DNA of 64,000 bases from Balanoglossus misakiensis (GCA_040954595.2 CM082578.2:16166998-16230997), one strand, 5' to 3'; counted from the stretch's first letter, positions 13,555-31,768 are shown. Notes: a model not told the origin generated them from the letters alone. A program made the numbers and translations.

Positions 13555-13993
13555 AGCAAGGCAACTTTCAGTGGTAAAATTAAAGAGATGTGATAGTACT
13601 GCAGAGTTGATAAATTGAACAAAGCTAATGAACTAATAAAAATAGCTGTAAAAAGCAAGCATGAGCTACTTTGAATAACAATCCTGATTTTGTTAACACT
13701 AGGATAACTATTACCTTAATGAAATGGTACACTACAAAACACTTCAACTTAAAATGTCACTCTACATATCTATAAAACTGTATACAACTTTCAGCACTAA
13801 GTACTTGGTTATTGAGTTTTAACAGCATATGTTATCAATATCTTCTAAAAACATAATGTGTTTATAACACGTGGTGGATATACAAAACAAATGAAAAAAA
13901 CAAACTTCAGACATGACAGGACTACATGAAATGCCATTCTGTTATGAGTTGTAAAACCTTTACAGGAAGACAATTTTCTCGAGAATGAAGACT

Positions 13994-16900
13994 TTAGAAT
14001 GGCTCTTCCACTTTCTTCCACTCTTTATGTTCCTTCTTGTGACGATCAACCCAGTCTTTCACTGCAACATACAAAAGATAATATATTAATTTATAAATAT
14101 TCAATTTATATAAAGAGCCGTCTAAATATAAAAGCCTCCCTTCCTATTTTAACTGTTTGTATTTCTTTCGCCTGTAGGTTCCAAACCTATGGTTGGAATA
14201 TAATCGCAATGTTAGGACCTGCACACAGTGTAAAATGAGGGAAAACTAACCCCCCTTCACAGACTCAGGATGTAACTAAAGACTTTCATCTAAACGTGAA
14301 CAGACTATTAATCATGACGCTGCACTGAGTGGGGAGCAAAATCATACCACCATATTTTGATCTGGCTGTTAACAACAGTATTAGAGAAGACATGTGGCCT
14401 TTGTGTGATGCCATGAAAACTATTACTTGGCCAAAAAGGCAAACAAAACTCTGAACTATGAGGTCAGAATTCTGTGTGTATTCGTAACATTTGAAAAGTA
14501 CTGGTTTTCAGAGAAGATGCTCATGTCAGCTACGAACATTCAGCTGTGAAACTCCTACGTCTGAATATAATCAGTGTATCTCTTGTTACAAACATGTATC
14601 AATGCTGAAAAGTTGCAATAAAGACACCACTAGAATGATTGAAACTTCAATATTGCATCTGACAAGTGAAGTCATTGTCTCCATATTAACAATATTTGAA
14701 GCTCATAACAGTAGCAACCATTGTACCAAAGAGCTCAAGCAATAGATGGGAACGTTACTCTAAAATTCTGTCACTGAACAGCATGTTACTGCTAAGATGG
14801 GTAGTGTGAGAATTGAACGATGTCAACTCCCCAAAATGTAAACAAGAAATTGACTGACCTTGACATGACTTTTCACAGTAGTATCGTGGCTGGAGGACAT
14901 TGAGTTCTCTACATCTGTCAGTAAACATTAAAATGTTAACTTTTCATTGTGCATCAACTTATATTTTATAGTTGTTTTGTTGCCACTGTGATCACTTAAC
15001 ATCTTACATTGCAGCTTTAAAAAAGTGAATGATACCAAGAGAAATGACACTAGCTACAATTTCCATAATCCCAGTACGCTAAAATATGCAAAATAGTAAT
15101 CAATTTTCCTCCTTTATGAGTTCAATTTACGTACCTCTGACATTTCTTGAATGCTTTTGGTTCTGGTTCTAGTTTTCCACATCCGAAACATTCCTTGGGT
15201 TTTCCATAATTCTTGTCGACATCTCCCTCTTCGATAGCTTTTGGTTTCAATTCTTCTTCTCTTTTCTTCTTTGCTGCTTCCCTTCGTCTCAGTCTCTCCA
15301 TCAGTCCAATATCTTTCTCAGATTCATCCTCCATTCCCGCACCGCATACTCTTAATCCAGACTGCAGAAACTTTGTTACACTTTCATCACTCAGACCTCC
15401 TGTGAACAAAAATAAGAGTACTTAGGCATGTAATCACCACCAGAAATTCTATGTATATTCACAAGCATGACAAGTAAAATAATATCTGTAGAAAATGTCA
15501 TAAATTGGCTGCAGTAACTCTGGATAGCAACAATACAGCAATTTCATTAAATATACAAATTAGTTTATTTGTCCAAATGTTACCTGTTTCCTGGCATTCT
15601 TGTTGAATTTCGTGAATCTGCTTCATCACCCTGTCCATAACACCACTCTTTTCTTCATCTTTAGTGAACACGCACACTATACACGGCTTTGAAGGATCGC
15701 TTGATGTCTTTCCCTTTATCTCTTGATCACACCACTTGGCAAAGTCATCAGGGTCATCAATATGTACAGGTGTGTAGGTCCCATCTCCCTTCAAATGTCC
15801 CCCAGACTGTTCCAACTTTTGCCTCCAGTTTTTCTTTGGCCTATTAAATTTTTCGAAGTACTTCTTCCGTTCCATAATCGTATTTCTGATGTCCGCATCT
15901 TCTATGGGCTTATTTTCTGCGAAGTTGTATCTGATCACCTGCTTGAAGGAGCTGCCATCAATCGGATCCACCATTTCTATGATATCCCCATCTCTCATCA
16001 GAGGAGCATCAGGATCATCATCTGCCGACTTGATCATACTGCTTGGTTTCTTTTCATCCATTGCTTCAGCACTCAGAAGAATTTTGTCTTCCTTTGTTAC
16101 TCGTGTGCCAGGTGGTGCTGTGAACAGTTTCACTTTCCTTTCAAGGAGTTTTCCGGTCTGCATGGATCGGACAAGCATTTTAAAATTACCAAGGTATTCA
16201 CGATCAAAGCTCTTGGCTCGCTTTGGAACCAACGCCTTCTCTGTTTTCCCTTCTTCTCTTCTTTCTTCCTTGCCTCCTGCTGGACTCTCCAGTTTCCGGA
16301 CCACTTCCTTCGTCTTAGACAACTCGGATGGTTGGGACTGTTTTGTCTCAATCTCGTCGTCGAAAGTGAGGTTGATAAATCGACCAGTACCTGCATCGCA
16401 TTCTGGATCACCAGGTCTGACCACCTTCACTGCAGAAGCCCCTAACCTTTTGAAGGTTTCCATAACTGTTGATTCCATTTTCGGCGAGAACAGCTCGTCA
16501 AGCCTCTTGTTGAATTCCGCAGCGATCATTGCTTTCTTTTGTTCCACAAACTCGTCGGGTAAATCATCCGCATCATCTGATAGATTCAAAGAGATCAATT
16601 CAACAACAAAAAACTGAAAAATTTCATCCAAGCAAAATGAGTTGAGCTATAGTATTGCTACTATTGTATAAATAGCATACATAGATGAATATTAATAAAG
16701 CATTGGAGAAAATCCAAGATGGAATTTAATTAATCAAGGTATGTCAGTGAAATTGAGGGGTACTTGGTCCCCCCCCCACCCCCCACAAAGTAATAACCTG
16801 GTAATATATTGGATCATATATATGTTTTTACTCAAATCACCTTTCTTGGCAGTTTCCAAGCACACTTTCATGGTCATGCGTGCAGTTTTGCCATCGGGTG

Positions 16901-19741
16901 ACATCTGGAATGGTGCGGGTGCACCTGGATGCTTTGCTTTGTAATTCTCAAGGAATTCTGCAACTGTTAGACAATCTTCATCCTTATCATCTGCAGCAGT
17001 GCCAGTTGTAGTTGTCGTGGTGGGTTTGGAGATCGGGTCATCATTTGACTTTGAGTCATGCTTCTGTTCAGTTAGTGAAGAGACTGGCGTTTTGCTCTCG
17101 CTGTCTTGGCTTGTTGTTTTCTGTTTAAGTGATCGCTTTGCTTTCAGCTTTTTCTTGTGGACAACTTTCTTCTCATTTGACGTTGTCTCCTTCTCGGTTG
17201 TTTCATCCTTCAGCATGCTCTTCTTCTCTTCAGGGGATGAATCTCTCCTGCCGTTCACCTCTTGTGGAGGGTCATCTCTCGTTTTTGGCTCCACATCTTC
17301 CTTCTCAGCTTCCTCTTTTGTCGAGGAGGCGCTCGCAGAAGATACTTCATCTGTAGTGTTGTCAGTGTCGTCTTCATCATCCTCTTCATCGAAGATTCTG
17401 CCGACTTTCTTGGGTATCGCCCCCAGTTCTGTGATGTCGGCTCCTGGGTTCATAAACGGACGTCCGTGCATCATGCCCTCCATGTAGTGAGCCAGAAGTC
17501 CGCTATCGATGAAGGTCGATTGAAAGTCTTGTGGCATTTCCATGACCTTGGGACGGCTGTCTGCCTTCGGCATTCCAATACAGACAGAGATACCCTTGTC
17601 AGGGTCGGAGGACATACTCTTCTCTCTTGCTGCTTGTTGGTGAACCACGCTCAACTTATTTTTCTTCCTCTTTGAATTTTTTCTGGAATCTCTGCCACCT
17701 TGATTGAAGGTCTCCCTCCACCATGGCTGTGTTGCCTTGCTGAGATCGATCAAGTTACCATCACCATTAGGATCCACAAACTGGCTCATTCTTCCTTGCG
17801 AGTCGATCCTCTCCTCGTAGATATGCCTGCGATACTCGTCCAGATCTCGAAAAGTCCTAGCCCCCTGTTCCCGCCTTTGGTTTTGTTCGTACAAAAAGGT
17901 CAAAATAAGCCTTTCCTCATCTTTGTCCTCCACAACTCTATAGGCCTTGTCCGGATTTGCTAACTGCATCAAATCAGCAACTGTGCTACTTTTGTCTTTT
18001 TTGGTCCACTTGGGTTTCAGGTCTTCTTCTGACGGTGCCACCCAGTACTCCTCATCACCACGAAGTTCTTCGGCCTCCAACCATGCACGCATACAATTAC
18101 AAATTGAACCTCCAAAACACAGGTACAAAGGAAGCAGCAAATAAACCTATATGTGGGGTGCAAACATACAGAAATATCATTGCTTTAGCAATATATACGG
18201 GTACGCTTAATGTGAAAACAGGTGAAATTTCAAATCTATTCTAATTACAATTTTCTTGATAAACTGAAAACATATTTCTGAGGTGCACTATGGTCCAAAA
18301 GGAGTTCATAGTTCAACAAATGTCTTTTACCTACCTTAATATAAGATGATTTTTCTTGTGGATCTCCAAAAAATCTTCTAAAAATGTCTCTAGTTTCTTT
18401 GTGGTAAAATGGATCTTTAGCTGTGAACATCAATGAAAAAATAGCAGTAAGGACACCCATTTGATCAGAACTGATACATTCTAGTGTGTATGTTCAAATA
18501 CTAAGGTGATACGTGCAGGTGTTATCTAGTCTTTGACGGGGATGGATAGCCATACATACATGTACATACATAAATGCCACTTTGTATGGCCAATTTGATC
18601 AAATGATTTTAGCATTTCCAATAAGGTTCACAGATGGTGGCTAAGTTGGATACAAAAGTCAGATAATCTTTGACAAACTTACCATAAGAGTTTGACTCTA
18701 ATCCACCTAAACTTCTTTTGTGTTGTGCTAAAGCTGCTGTATCGACCACTAAGTTTTTAGCAGAATTCGCCTTTCCTGTGGGTAAAGCAACATATATTAT
18801 TATCATCAGTACCATGACTACATATAAAAAGGACAATTTCTTATACATGAATAAGTTCAATGCCTTGAACTACTTTGAAACTCGTGCCTTGAACTACTTT
18901 GTACAATGTAATGTGTTTTTATAGGAATAGTTTGCATCTTCCTTGTCCCCATTGGATTAGGTAAGTTGAAAATACCGTTCTACAATTCTAAATTGGGCAG
19001 TTTCCTTTCCCAAGTGGACGACTACCGGGGTATGCTAAGTATGAATGTGTGGTGTATATATTACCTCTCACAAAGTCTTGTTTAATAAAATCAAAAGCAT
19101 CTTCTATAAACACCTCATACTGTTCATTCTGAAAGTAAAACAGTTATGCATTAAAATACAATGCAATGTAATGAGAGATCCTGGGAAATGCCAAAATAGT
19201 TCCAGGGACACTGCGTTTCTGAGCACTTTATTTTTTTATTTTTTTTTTAAATGACAAAATCTTACCTTCACTGGAAATTCTTTAAGAACTCCACAATTTA
19301 TTGAAAATGCTCTGAAACACTTCACAAATCTTTCCCAAAATTCGCGACCCTAGAAAAAAATGACACAAATTTGATGTTAAAATGGCATAGATTTTTGGAG
19401 ATTACATGTATAATTAAACGGCATTTCAGAGAGGTTTTAGATGTGACGGTTTATTAGCGATAAGGTATATGCCTGAGCAGAGACTTGGGACTGTGGGCGC
19501 ACAATAGGTGACAATGGTTATCTGCACACACAAGACCAGATCCCTGAACACTGGTTCACCCTGGGGGATCAGAAATTGAGCAAGAATGAAAGTTCTGTAA
19601 CAATAGACTGACTATATTTACCTGATCCTCCCACATACGTTTGAAAGCATTTACATGTTTTTTAAAAAACTGATAATCCTGTCCATCAATTTCAGATGAA
19701 AACAGTCTGATTTCATGCTGGTTCAACTTTATCTTTCTCAT
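13994..19741 (-). CDS. Uncharacterised large protein with C-terminal MYND-type zinc finger, multi-exon
   Basis: Phase-consistent exons from ATG 19741 (MRKIKLNQHEIRLF...) through ~19266-19349, ~19065-19128, ~18682-18775, ~18335-18420, ~16841-18147, 15584-16576, 15135-15399, 14859-14914 and 13994-14061. The last three exons splice to CFGCGKLEPEPKAFKKCQRCRELNVLQPRYYCEKSCQVKDWVDRHKKEH, the MYND pattern CxxC...CxxC...YCxxxCQxxDW..HK. Confidence 0.85.
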
Positions 19742-20529
19742 TTTGAAGTCGTCCTTTTTTGATTTTCTGACTCTCAGTCTCAGGCAGGTGAACACCTGGT
19801 GAGCTGTCCTCTACCGACCTGAGCAGCCTGGAAGTGAAAGAACAAAATACCCAATGGAGTAATAAATGAAGAAAACACCAACAAGTGTTATTCAGTGCTG
19901 CTTGTCTTTCACTTTCGGTTTATCCATAACACCTGATTTTTTGAAAACCTGCGTCAGTGAAGCCTTTGTCTGCACGATGTAACAGTGCAAACCAGGCTGA
20001 TTTGCATATGGACTTCCCTGTTCAATATCCCACATGCATTGCTGTAGCCAGGTTCCTCAGAACATGCAAACCACATAAAAGGATGGTTTACAACTTGTTT
20101 ATCCCAGTTCCTGTATGATTGGACACTAAGTTTCTCTCATTTCTTCCAGTTTGATTTTTCAAGTAGGGTTTGCACATAATTACATGTACTTCCTTGTTGG
20201 AATGTATTTATGTTTGAGAACTTTTACTTTTGGCCAATAGCTGTCATGACATTATGCGTCCAATATATGCTGTCGTGAAACAAGCAACGACAATGTTCCC
20301 TGATGCACGGGTCGCTAAAAAGATGCATGACATCATCACATACCTGAAAGCACACGCAGTACCTAACAGTGCTATCTAAAGTGGTACCATGGTACGTCCA
20401 TAGTGGTACAAAGTCCACATCTCATTTTGAACTCGGCAACTTCAGTTTCTTGAATTTAAAAAAGCTATGATCGCAACACGCAGGATAGTAACGGCAATTT
20501 AATGTTACCTACGTAAGCTTAAACGAACA

Positions 20530-20940
20530 TACCTTCGAAGACAGAACGTCGATCGAGACTATCGCCAGAGTTGCAGCAAATCGAAAACTATTAGGCCCAA
20601 AGTGGGTTGATGGTGTCGTATTGCTGCTAACTAAGCGACAGGTCTGCAACAACAGTCCGTCACGTGACTGGCTTCATTTTCAAACTGTGTCTTCGTGAAG
20701 TATGTTTATACGCCTTTTCGTTGAATTGGTCATAAGAATTTGAGTTTTAGTGGAGTTTTTATTGTTATAATTGCCAAAAGAAAATAGTCAAAATATCTTG
20801 AAAAGTTTAAAGGATGGAATGCTGGAAACACAGGGACGTAAACTTGGAACGAAACGACACACTACAAATTATTAAGTGACTGTCCTGTCCGGGCATGTGT
20901 GTCCGCGCGCCCGCTGCGTCCTTGTCAGAGAAATAGGTGA
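20530..20940. promoter_or_regulatory. Bidirectional promoter region, MYND gene / TMEM209
   Basis: CpG-rich interval between divergent genes. Minus-strand donor near 20531 and plus-strand donor ag|gtgagg near 20936 suggest non-coding first exons. Perfect palindromic E-box GTCACGTGAC at 20659-20668. Confidence 0.55.
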
Positions 20941-21356
20941 GGACAGGATTAGTACTTGGTAGATGGTTTCGACCTCATATCACAAGCACATCTCACTGAT
21001 CGGGAGGATCAGCTCGTGCCAATGACTAAAATCTCACCATTATTAGTCCAACATGAGATTTGGACTCCATGCAAAAACTGCTCGACAGTTTGGGTCACAC
21101 ATCGTCCATTTCCCACAGATGAATATACACAATATTAATCATAGCATAGTGAGAATTGGGTCATTGCAGTATTTGATTGCCCAGTGATATGACTAGAAAC
21201 ATTCTGCAAGACACACCTTTACATCATGAACTTCAATTTGAGTATAACCTCTGGTACAATGACACTGATACTGATAGGTGTTAATAAACATAATTTCAGT
21301 TTCTCCTCTGTCGTCATGACGTCATTATGTGTATTTTCAGAGCTTTGAAGGAGAGA

Positions 21357-25590
<4,234 letters not shown>

Positions 25591-26578
25591 AGTTGTCCAC
25601 ATTTAAGATGAATAGATCAAAATCTGTAGAATTTCACTTGAATTTATATTGGAAGGACTAAAACTGTTGTGCTACTTGGCTGTATCACTGCCCTTACTAC
25701 CAGCTTTCCCATAGTCAACGTGGTCTTTCTTCATTTCTCCCGAGGTTCTGCTCTGAATCTTCCCCTCTTTCACTGGGAGACAACTGCGCTTGGTCTTTGG
25801 TTGTATAACATCACAAGCAATGTTTTTTTCCCAGTAGAGTTTTATCTAATACCATGCAATATGCATTGAGTCAAATACAGCTGCTTGAATAGAGAATTAG
25901 AAAGAATGGTAAACATAGCTACTGCTACACCATGCAGAATGACTGAAATGCTGAGATTAAAATTACTAGTTTTTTTTTACATATTGTAATTTTTATAAAT
26001 AAAACCGTTTGTGTCACTAAACTAATCAAGTTCTTATGTTTATACAAGAGGTGTTTACATTCTTGTTATCTGCTTTTCCCTTGTGCCACTTTTGGCTCAT
26101 GGGTGAATTTATCGATTTGATTTGTATTTTAACCTACTACCACACCAGTTCATGTAGCAAGAAAGTGTGGTGCAAAAAATGATTCTTAGAAAAAAATACT
26201 GTCCACATGTTTTGTTTAATCTTAGATTTTATTTTGCTCAAAAGGGCAAACATTTTCCCCTGAATGCAAATATGCAGATTTGTCATCGCTGGCAACCTCC
26301 ATGCTGAACTTCAAAAGAATCGGACCAGTGGATTCAACATTCTTAATCACACATTGTATTTCATTAGTATGGTACAATTCAGAAACCTGGAATTGACAAA
26401 AAGCAATATTCAATATGTTTAAGTTAAGTTGCATACTGACATATAAAAGTTGTGCACTGACATTGTAAGCAACAAATATTTCAATTGGTCCAAGCATATA
26501 AATTTGACAGTCATCGAAGTGCTGACAATAATTAGCAGAAGATACATAATTGGTGCTGAATTCAACCTATTTACTGTT

Positions 26579-28139
26579 TTATGAACTAGATTCTTCTTTT
26601 ATTTTGATCTTTGTGAACTTTGCAGACTTCCTTTTTTTCTTCTTTCTCGGAGGTGACATTTCCTGCTTGACTTCTTCATTTTGTGATGCGTGGGAGTGCG
26701 CCCTCTCAGGGCTCTGACGCTCAGTTTTTATTCGTACATTGCTATAGTCAAACTCGTCTGGTGTCTCAGTTGATACATGCTCTGTCACATGGTCATCGAA
26801 TTCCTTGTTCTTTTCTCTTGATTTCTTTTTCTTCCCCTTTTTCCTCTTTCTTGTGTCAGTTTCTGTTATGTTTTCCGAAAGTTGCTGATTACCGGGTCTC
26901 TGTTCTTGATGGGACTTTCTTGTGACCACTGAGCCTGTACCTATATGAAAGAGTGAAAGATTGACATATGTTGTGATCAGGGTAACATAAATACAAAATA
27001 CAGAATATGTTTGAAGACACATGAAACCATACAAGTACTTACACGACCCAAATGGTTTATATCGCAGTTTAAGTCCCTCTGGTAGTTCCAAGTATTTTGG
27101 TTTGGATGGTAAAGGTATCTTTGTTGGTGGAATAATAATTGACTGAGTGACATTCATCTGTCCACTAATGTGAGATGCTGTCAAAAAATATGTACATGAT
27201 TATTATATAGTACACCAGATATGTAGCAGCGTTGTAAAGAACTTGAATGAAATCAGTTGATGTTTGAGGAATAGTGGTGGAACCAAAAAACACTAACAAA
27301 ATGGCTGCCCAGTGGATTAATTGCAAATTTCATTATTCCTACCTGCAAACAGTTTCTGGCTTTCTTTTGAAGGCAGTACAACACTTAGGTGTGCAGTCTG
27401 GAAAATGAATTAAAAACATACTTCTTCAGAATATTGGACACTAAAATTGTGTGAGTAAAACTATTTTATCAGATTATCTTAACTTCTTGTATACAAAGAA
27501 TTCTCACTTACCCCTGCTAATTTTGATGTTGAGGAATGTACTTCATAAGCCACTTCAGTGTTGCCCTCGTTGCGTAGACACTGTGTTCCATCCAAGACCA
27601 ATGTCTGATCATTCAAATTGTTCGCATCAAACTGGTAATAATTATGAGACAGAATCTTTAAGAATGCACCATAAATCAGTATACACACATCACAAGTTTT
27701 GCGATTGGGAAAATTATTCAAAAACACTCAGCATAAATTACTTACATTGTGTGGAATCCTTATCAACCATAACTCTTTGTCTGGCCCCAGATCTTCCACT
27801 GACGATCCAGTGTTACCATGGAAATTTACGTTGACAAAATCATCTGGGCAAGCAAACCTGAATGTATAGAGGCAAGCGTTGTACAAGAGAATTGTTTATA
27901 TGTGCTCAACATCCCATCACAAATATATGATAGTTTTCTGTTTGATGAGGACAAATAATATAGAATTATCAAATCATACGTGAAGCAATAAATATCTGAC
28001 AGTATACATGTACTTACTTTAATTCTGTCTCATCCTGAGTTCTTGTCACTTTATTGGCCACAGCTTCCGTAGCTGATTCAGAGTCAGATTCAGATTCAGA
28101 ACTACTAGTACCGCTGCTTGAAGTATCTTGGTCACTCAT
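26579..28139 (-). CDS. POLR1G: DNA-directed RNA polymerase I subunit RPA34 (PAF49/CD3EAP), multi-exon
   Basis: ATG 28139 (MSDQDTSSS...). Exon ~27746-27857 reads FACPDDF...EDLGPDKELWLIRIPHN, and a later exon reads LPEGLKLRYKPFGS. The Lys-rich C-terminus PPRKKKKRK...IKIKEESSS* completes the typical A34/PAF49 pattern. Confidence 0.88.
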
Positions 28140-28191
28140 TCTGATCTGTGATCTGTGTGAGTGTAGCGATTGGAGACTTATCAGTTCAACG

Positions 28192-28242
<51 letters not shown>
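28192..28242. repeat. (TCA)17 microsatellite
   Basis: Perfect trinucleotide run just upstream of the POLR1G ATG. Confidence 0.95.
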
Positions 28243-28329
28243 CCACCGTCACCACCAACACCATGATGACGATGCTGATGATCACGACTGCGTACAGAGC
28301 TACGTGAGGACTTGTACACACAGACCGGC

Positions 28330-28396
28330 CATGAAATGTACATATCGGCTAATGGTTTGTTAATGGGTTCGGTGGGCATGAAATGTACATATCGGC
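28330..28396. repeat. 20-bp perfect direct repeat in the POLR1G/QNG1 divergent interval
   Basis: catgaaatgtacatatcggc at 28330-28349 and 28377-28396. Confidence 0.85.
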
Positions 28397-28697
28397 GATC
28401 GCCTGTACCATAAAACTTCTTTCATATATTTCCTAAGAAATCTAACGAAAGAAAGTATTGGTGATACTTGCCTGGTAAGCGGTGAACAGTTTTTTTAAGC
28501 TCTGACGTCGGTACAGGTTAGGGTTGACCTGGGTACATGGGTTGAGGGCACACAACACATTGGTTGTGTGGCACGTGGGTTTATGGAGACCCCTCAGCAT
28601 GCAGGAGCAGCAGGATTGCATTTTTTGTGAAGAGTTAGGTGGTCTCATCTTCATCACCCAGGGTCAGCTGGGTGCAAGTGCACACAATTTTTATGCC

Positions 28698-31047
28698 ATG
28701 TCTGAAGACTTGTCATCGAGGGAATCTGGTAAGCTTATTGCCGAAACCAGTCAAGATGTTCGAGTTTGTCGAGAGGGAGTGCAAAAAATATCAGATGTGG
28801 TATGTATTTTTGCGGGCTCGAGAACAACAGTACAGCTGGCCTATGTAAACAACAGTTGCAAGGGTGTTTCCCCTAGCTCTGGTATAAAAATTAATGCACA
28901 AAGATGGTCTGTGCTTCTAGATTAATAAAAAGCCTGAATTAAAAGACTGAGATTCTTTGACTATAGGTTAGTAAGTGATCGTCTTCATCTTGCAGGTTTT
29001 TCAGAGTTTGAAAAATAAGGAATATGACTTCAAGGACTGGAAGAAACAAACATTGCATCCCAAAGAAATGAATGATGCAGCAGTTGATTGGCAAGTGAAT
29101 TGGTTGACTACAGAAAATAGAGACAAGTTTTCTAAATTGGTTCTCCAAAGAAGGTTCTGTTCATAGGACCAAAGCATCAATTAAGACAACATTATAATCC
29201 TCTTCCATCTGGAACTGGAGTCTTGCCTCCTTGATCAAACCAGATGTTTTCATAATTGACATTTTCCCCCACAGGATTTTCATGGTGGATGCTCTGAATT
29301 TTTCATTTTGGTCTGATATTGAAGAGGAGAAATTCATGGTCAGATACAAAGGCGAAGAGTATACAGGTTTTCGTTCACTCTGTGCAGCTGTGAACAGGGC
29401 CTTGGATGTAAGTACAAAAGAATAGTTAAATTATATTTGGATGTCATACCACCAAGCAAATACTCATTTAGAAACATTGTCGGAGTCATATTGCAGACAA
29501 GCCTCATAACCAAAGAATAATATACTAAAAGTCTTTGCATAGCATATATCCTGTAAATTGATGATGTCTATAATCAGTAATCTTGTGCTTTTAATTTGAT
29601 TAATGCTTTATTGCCTATTGTCATTCGCTTTTCTTTTTTTTCCTTCAGGAAGGAATCCCAGTAACAAGTCCCTCATATTATGCGGATATCACTATGGATC
29701 AGTTGAAGTATGTTTTTAGGAGTGACAGCAAAACTGAAGTACCTTTACTTGAAGAAAGACACAAAGTTCTCAGGGAATCTGGCAAAATCCTTATGGAGGT
29801 GTGTTTTGAGTTCAATTTTGATCAACTGCCTATCTGTCCAGTTTGCCTATAATTTCATCCCTGCGTGTGTTCGTCTGTCCAATCATCTGCAACCATTGCT
29901 CAGATGATGTCTTGACTGATTTCATTCAAACTTGGTATAAGAACAATGAATTATGATATGTTGATGCACATCAATAATCCAGTATGATAATTTTGTTATG
30001 ATTTTTGCACATTTTTTTTATTTTGATTTATTTTCAGAGGTACAACGGTTCATTTGTGAATTGTGTCACACAGTGTGAACAGAGTGCTGAAAGACTGTAT
30101 AAATTTATTGCCAAAACATTTCCATCATTCTGTGATACAGCTTCTTATCAAGGGAAAACTGGTAAGTTTAAGTAACATGCAAGAAAACAGTGGGTAGTGT
30201 CTGTTACAACTGTTCAGGGTTACTTATGGATTTTATTTTGCCATGATTTTGTTGAGTGGTTTTGATCCAGCAGAGTCTTTGTAACTGAAAAAAAGACTTC
30301 AATGTAATGTGAATACATTATTGTCCTTCACAGTGTGCCTGTACAAGAGAACCCAGCTTGTAGTGGCTGATATTTGGGCATGTTTTGAAGGTCAAGGTTA
30401 TGGAACATTTCATGATATAGACTGCTTGACTATGTTTGCTGACTATAGGTGAGTGCACTGCAATATCAATTTATTTTGAGTGATAATTACAAGCGACATC
30501 ATGGCCAGCCAGACAAAATGAACAAACAAACAGATGTATATTACTAAAAGTCTTGTTGTTTTTCCCCTGACAGAGTCCCACAGGCAATGGTATACTTTGG
30601 TGCTCTGCAATACTCTGATTCTCTGATGGCAAAACTGAACGCCAACACTTTGTTCACTCCTGGTGAAAGACATGAAGTGGAAATACGGGGATGCTCCATT
30701 TGGGTTGCTGAGGTGAGATGATATAATGCTAGAAACTTTGTTCCTCACTTAATATCAAGAAGTGCAATGATTGGGCAAGTTCCCACAGGTTTACTCTCTA
30801 AAAAATTCTGCGCACTTCTTGCAAATCTTTGCCCTTCCGTTCCATTTACTGTACACTTCTCTTATTTTCTTCCGTTGTACAGTTGGTGTGTGAGGAGCTA
30901 AAGAAACAAATCACTGGTGATCCAACCACAAAGAACATCACTGTCAATTGCGGCATGATAGATTTCTATCTGTGGGACTATGCCAAGGACCACCGCTCTG
31001 ACATGAAACATATACCCATCCATAAAGTTAGATCCGTTTACTATTAG
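28698..31047 (+). CDS. QNG1: Queuosine 5'-phosphate N-glycosylase/hydrolase (queuosine salvage protein, C9orf64/DUF2419), multi-exon
   Basis: Motifs [25 protein letters not shown]...[49 protein letters not shown] and IDFYLWDY...[11 protein letters not shown]. Confidence 0.95.
29860..29945 (+). mobile_element. Fragment of an interspersed repeat (intronic), same family as 24951-24996
   Basis: A gtctgtcc-type stretch followed by gatttcattcaaacttggtat, similar to the fragment at 24951. Confidence 0.4.
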
Positions 31048-31768
31048 GCTATTTTTGAAAGATTAATACTCACAATAATACATGTACATGGTATATCGGA
31101 TATTATTACAGAATATTCTGCATAAATTGTTTTAAGGGAAAGATCATTATTTATGGAAATAAAAGAATTGTAATATTATTACAGAAAATGTTCTGCATAA
31201 ATTTGAAAATAGAGTTGTAAGAATAAAGATTATTTATATAAATAAAAGTCTGTCTACGTTTTGTAAGTTTTTGTGTGTACCATATTGCAATTGGGTGTCT
31301 GCTTACTGATGGTGTTGGTGGATGAATCTCGTGTTTTGTATTTTGTGAGTCATATCATTGCTACTAGTTCACAATTGGCCTCAAAGAAAAATACTTTTAT
31401 TGACTCTTTTACAGGGAATTTAATATATCTTTGAATTCCGAACTTCATGTACAATATGCATCATGACGATCGCGTAAGCAAAACAAGAACAAGTGAAGCC
31501 CATGCTACCAACCCTGGTGGCGCTCTTGCTTACATCCGTATTCAGATTCAGAATCCGGTTCAGTGTACTTTTTAGACCCGGACAAAAATAGTGGTAGGAA
31601 ATGTGCCAAGCTTCGGCGCTTTCAACACGTGATACTTTGATGTTTCACTACTTAACAATAAAATTGCTGTATTAATAGCAGGAATTAGAAGAAAATTGCC
31701 TTCAGTTCATATAGGAATCAAACAAGAGTTCACAGTTGATTTGCGAACGAGGTTAAACCTTTTCCCTC

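Noticed and set aside
15213-18244. Several long + strand ORFs (e.g. 15723-16445, 15889-16617, 16999-17487)
   Set aside because: Antisense shadows of the large MYND-gene exons.
18861-18901. 17-bp direct repeat tgccttgaactactttg
   Set aside because: Simple local intronic duplication with no further structure.
28054-28379. Poly-His, poly-Ser and poly-Asp ORFs
   Set aside because: Translations of the (TCA)n microsatellite. The POLR1G CDS most plausibly starts at 28139.
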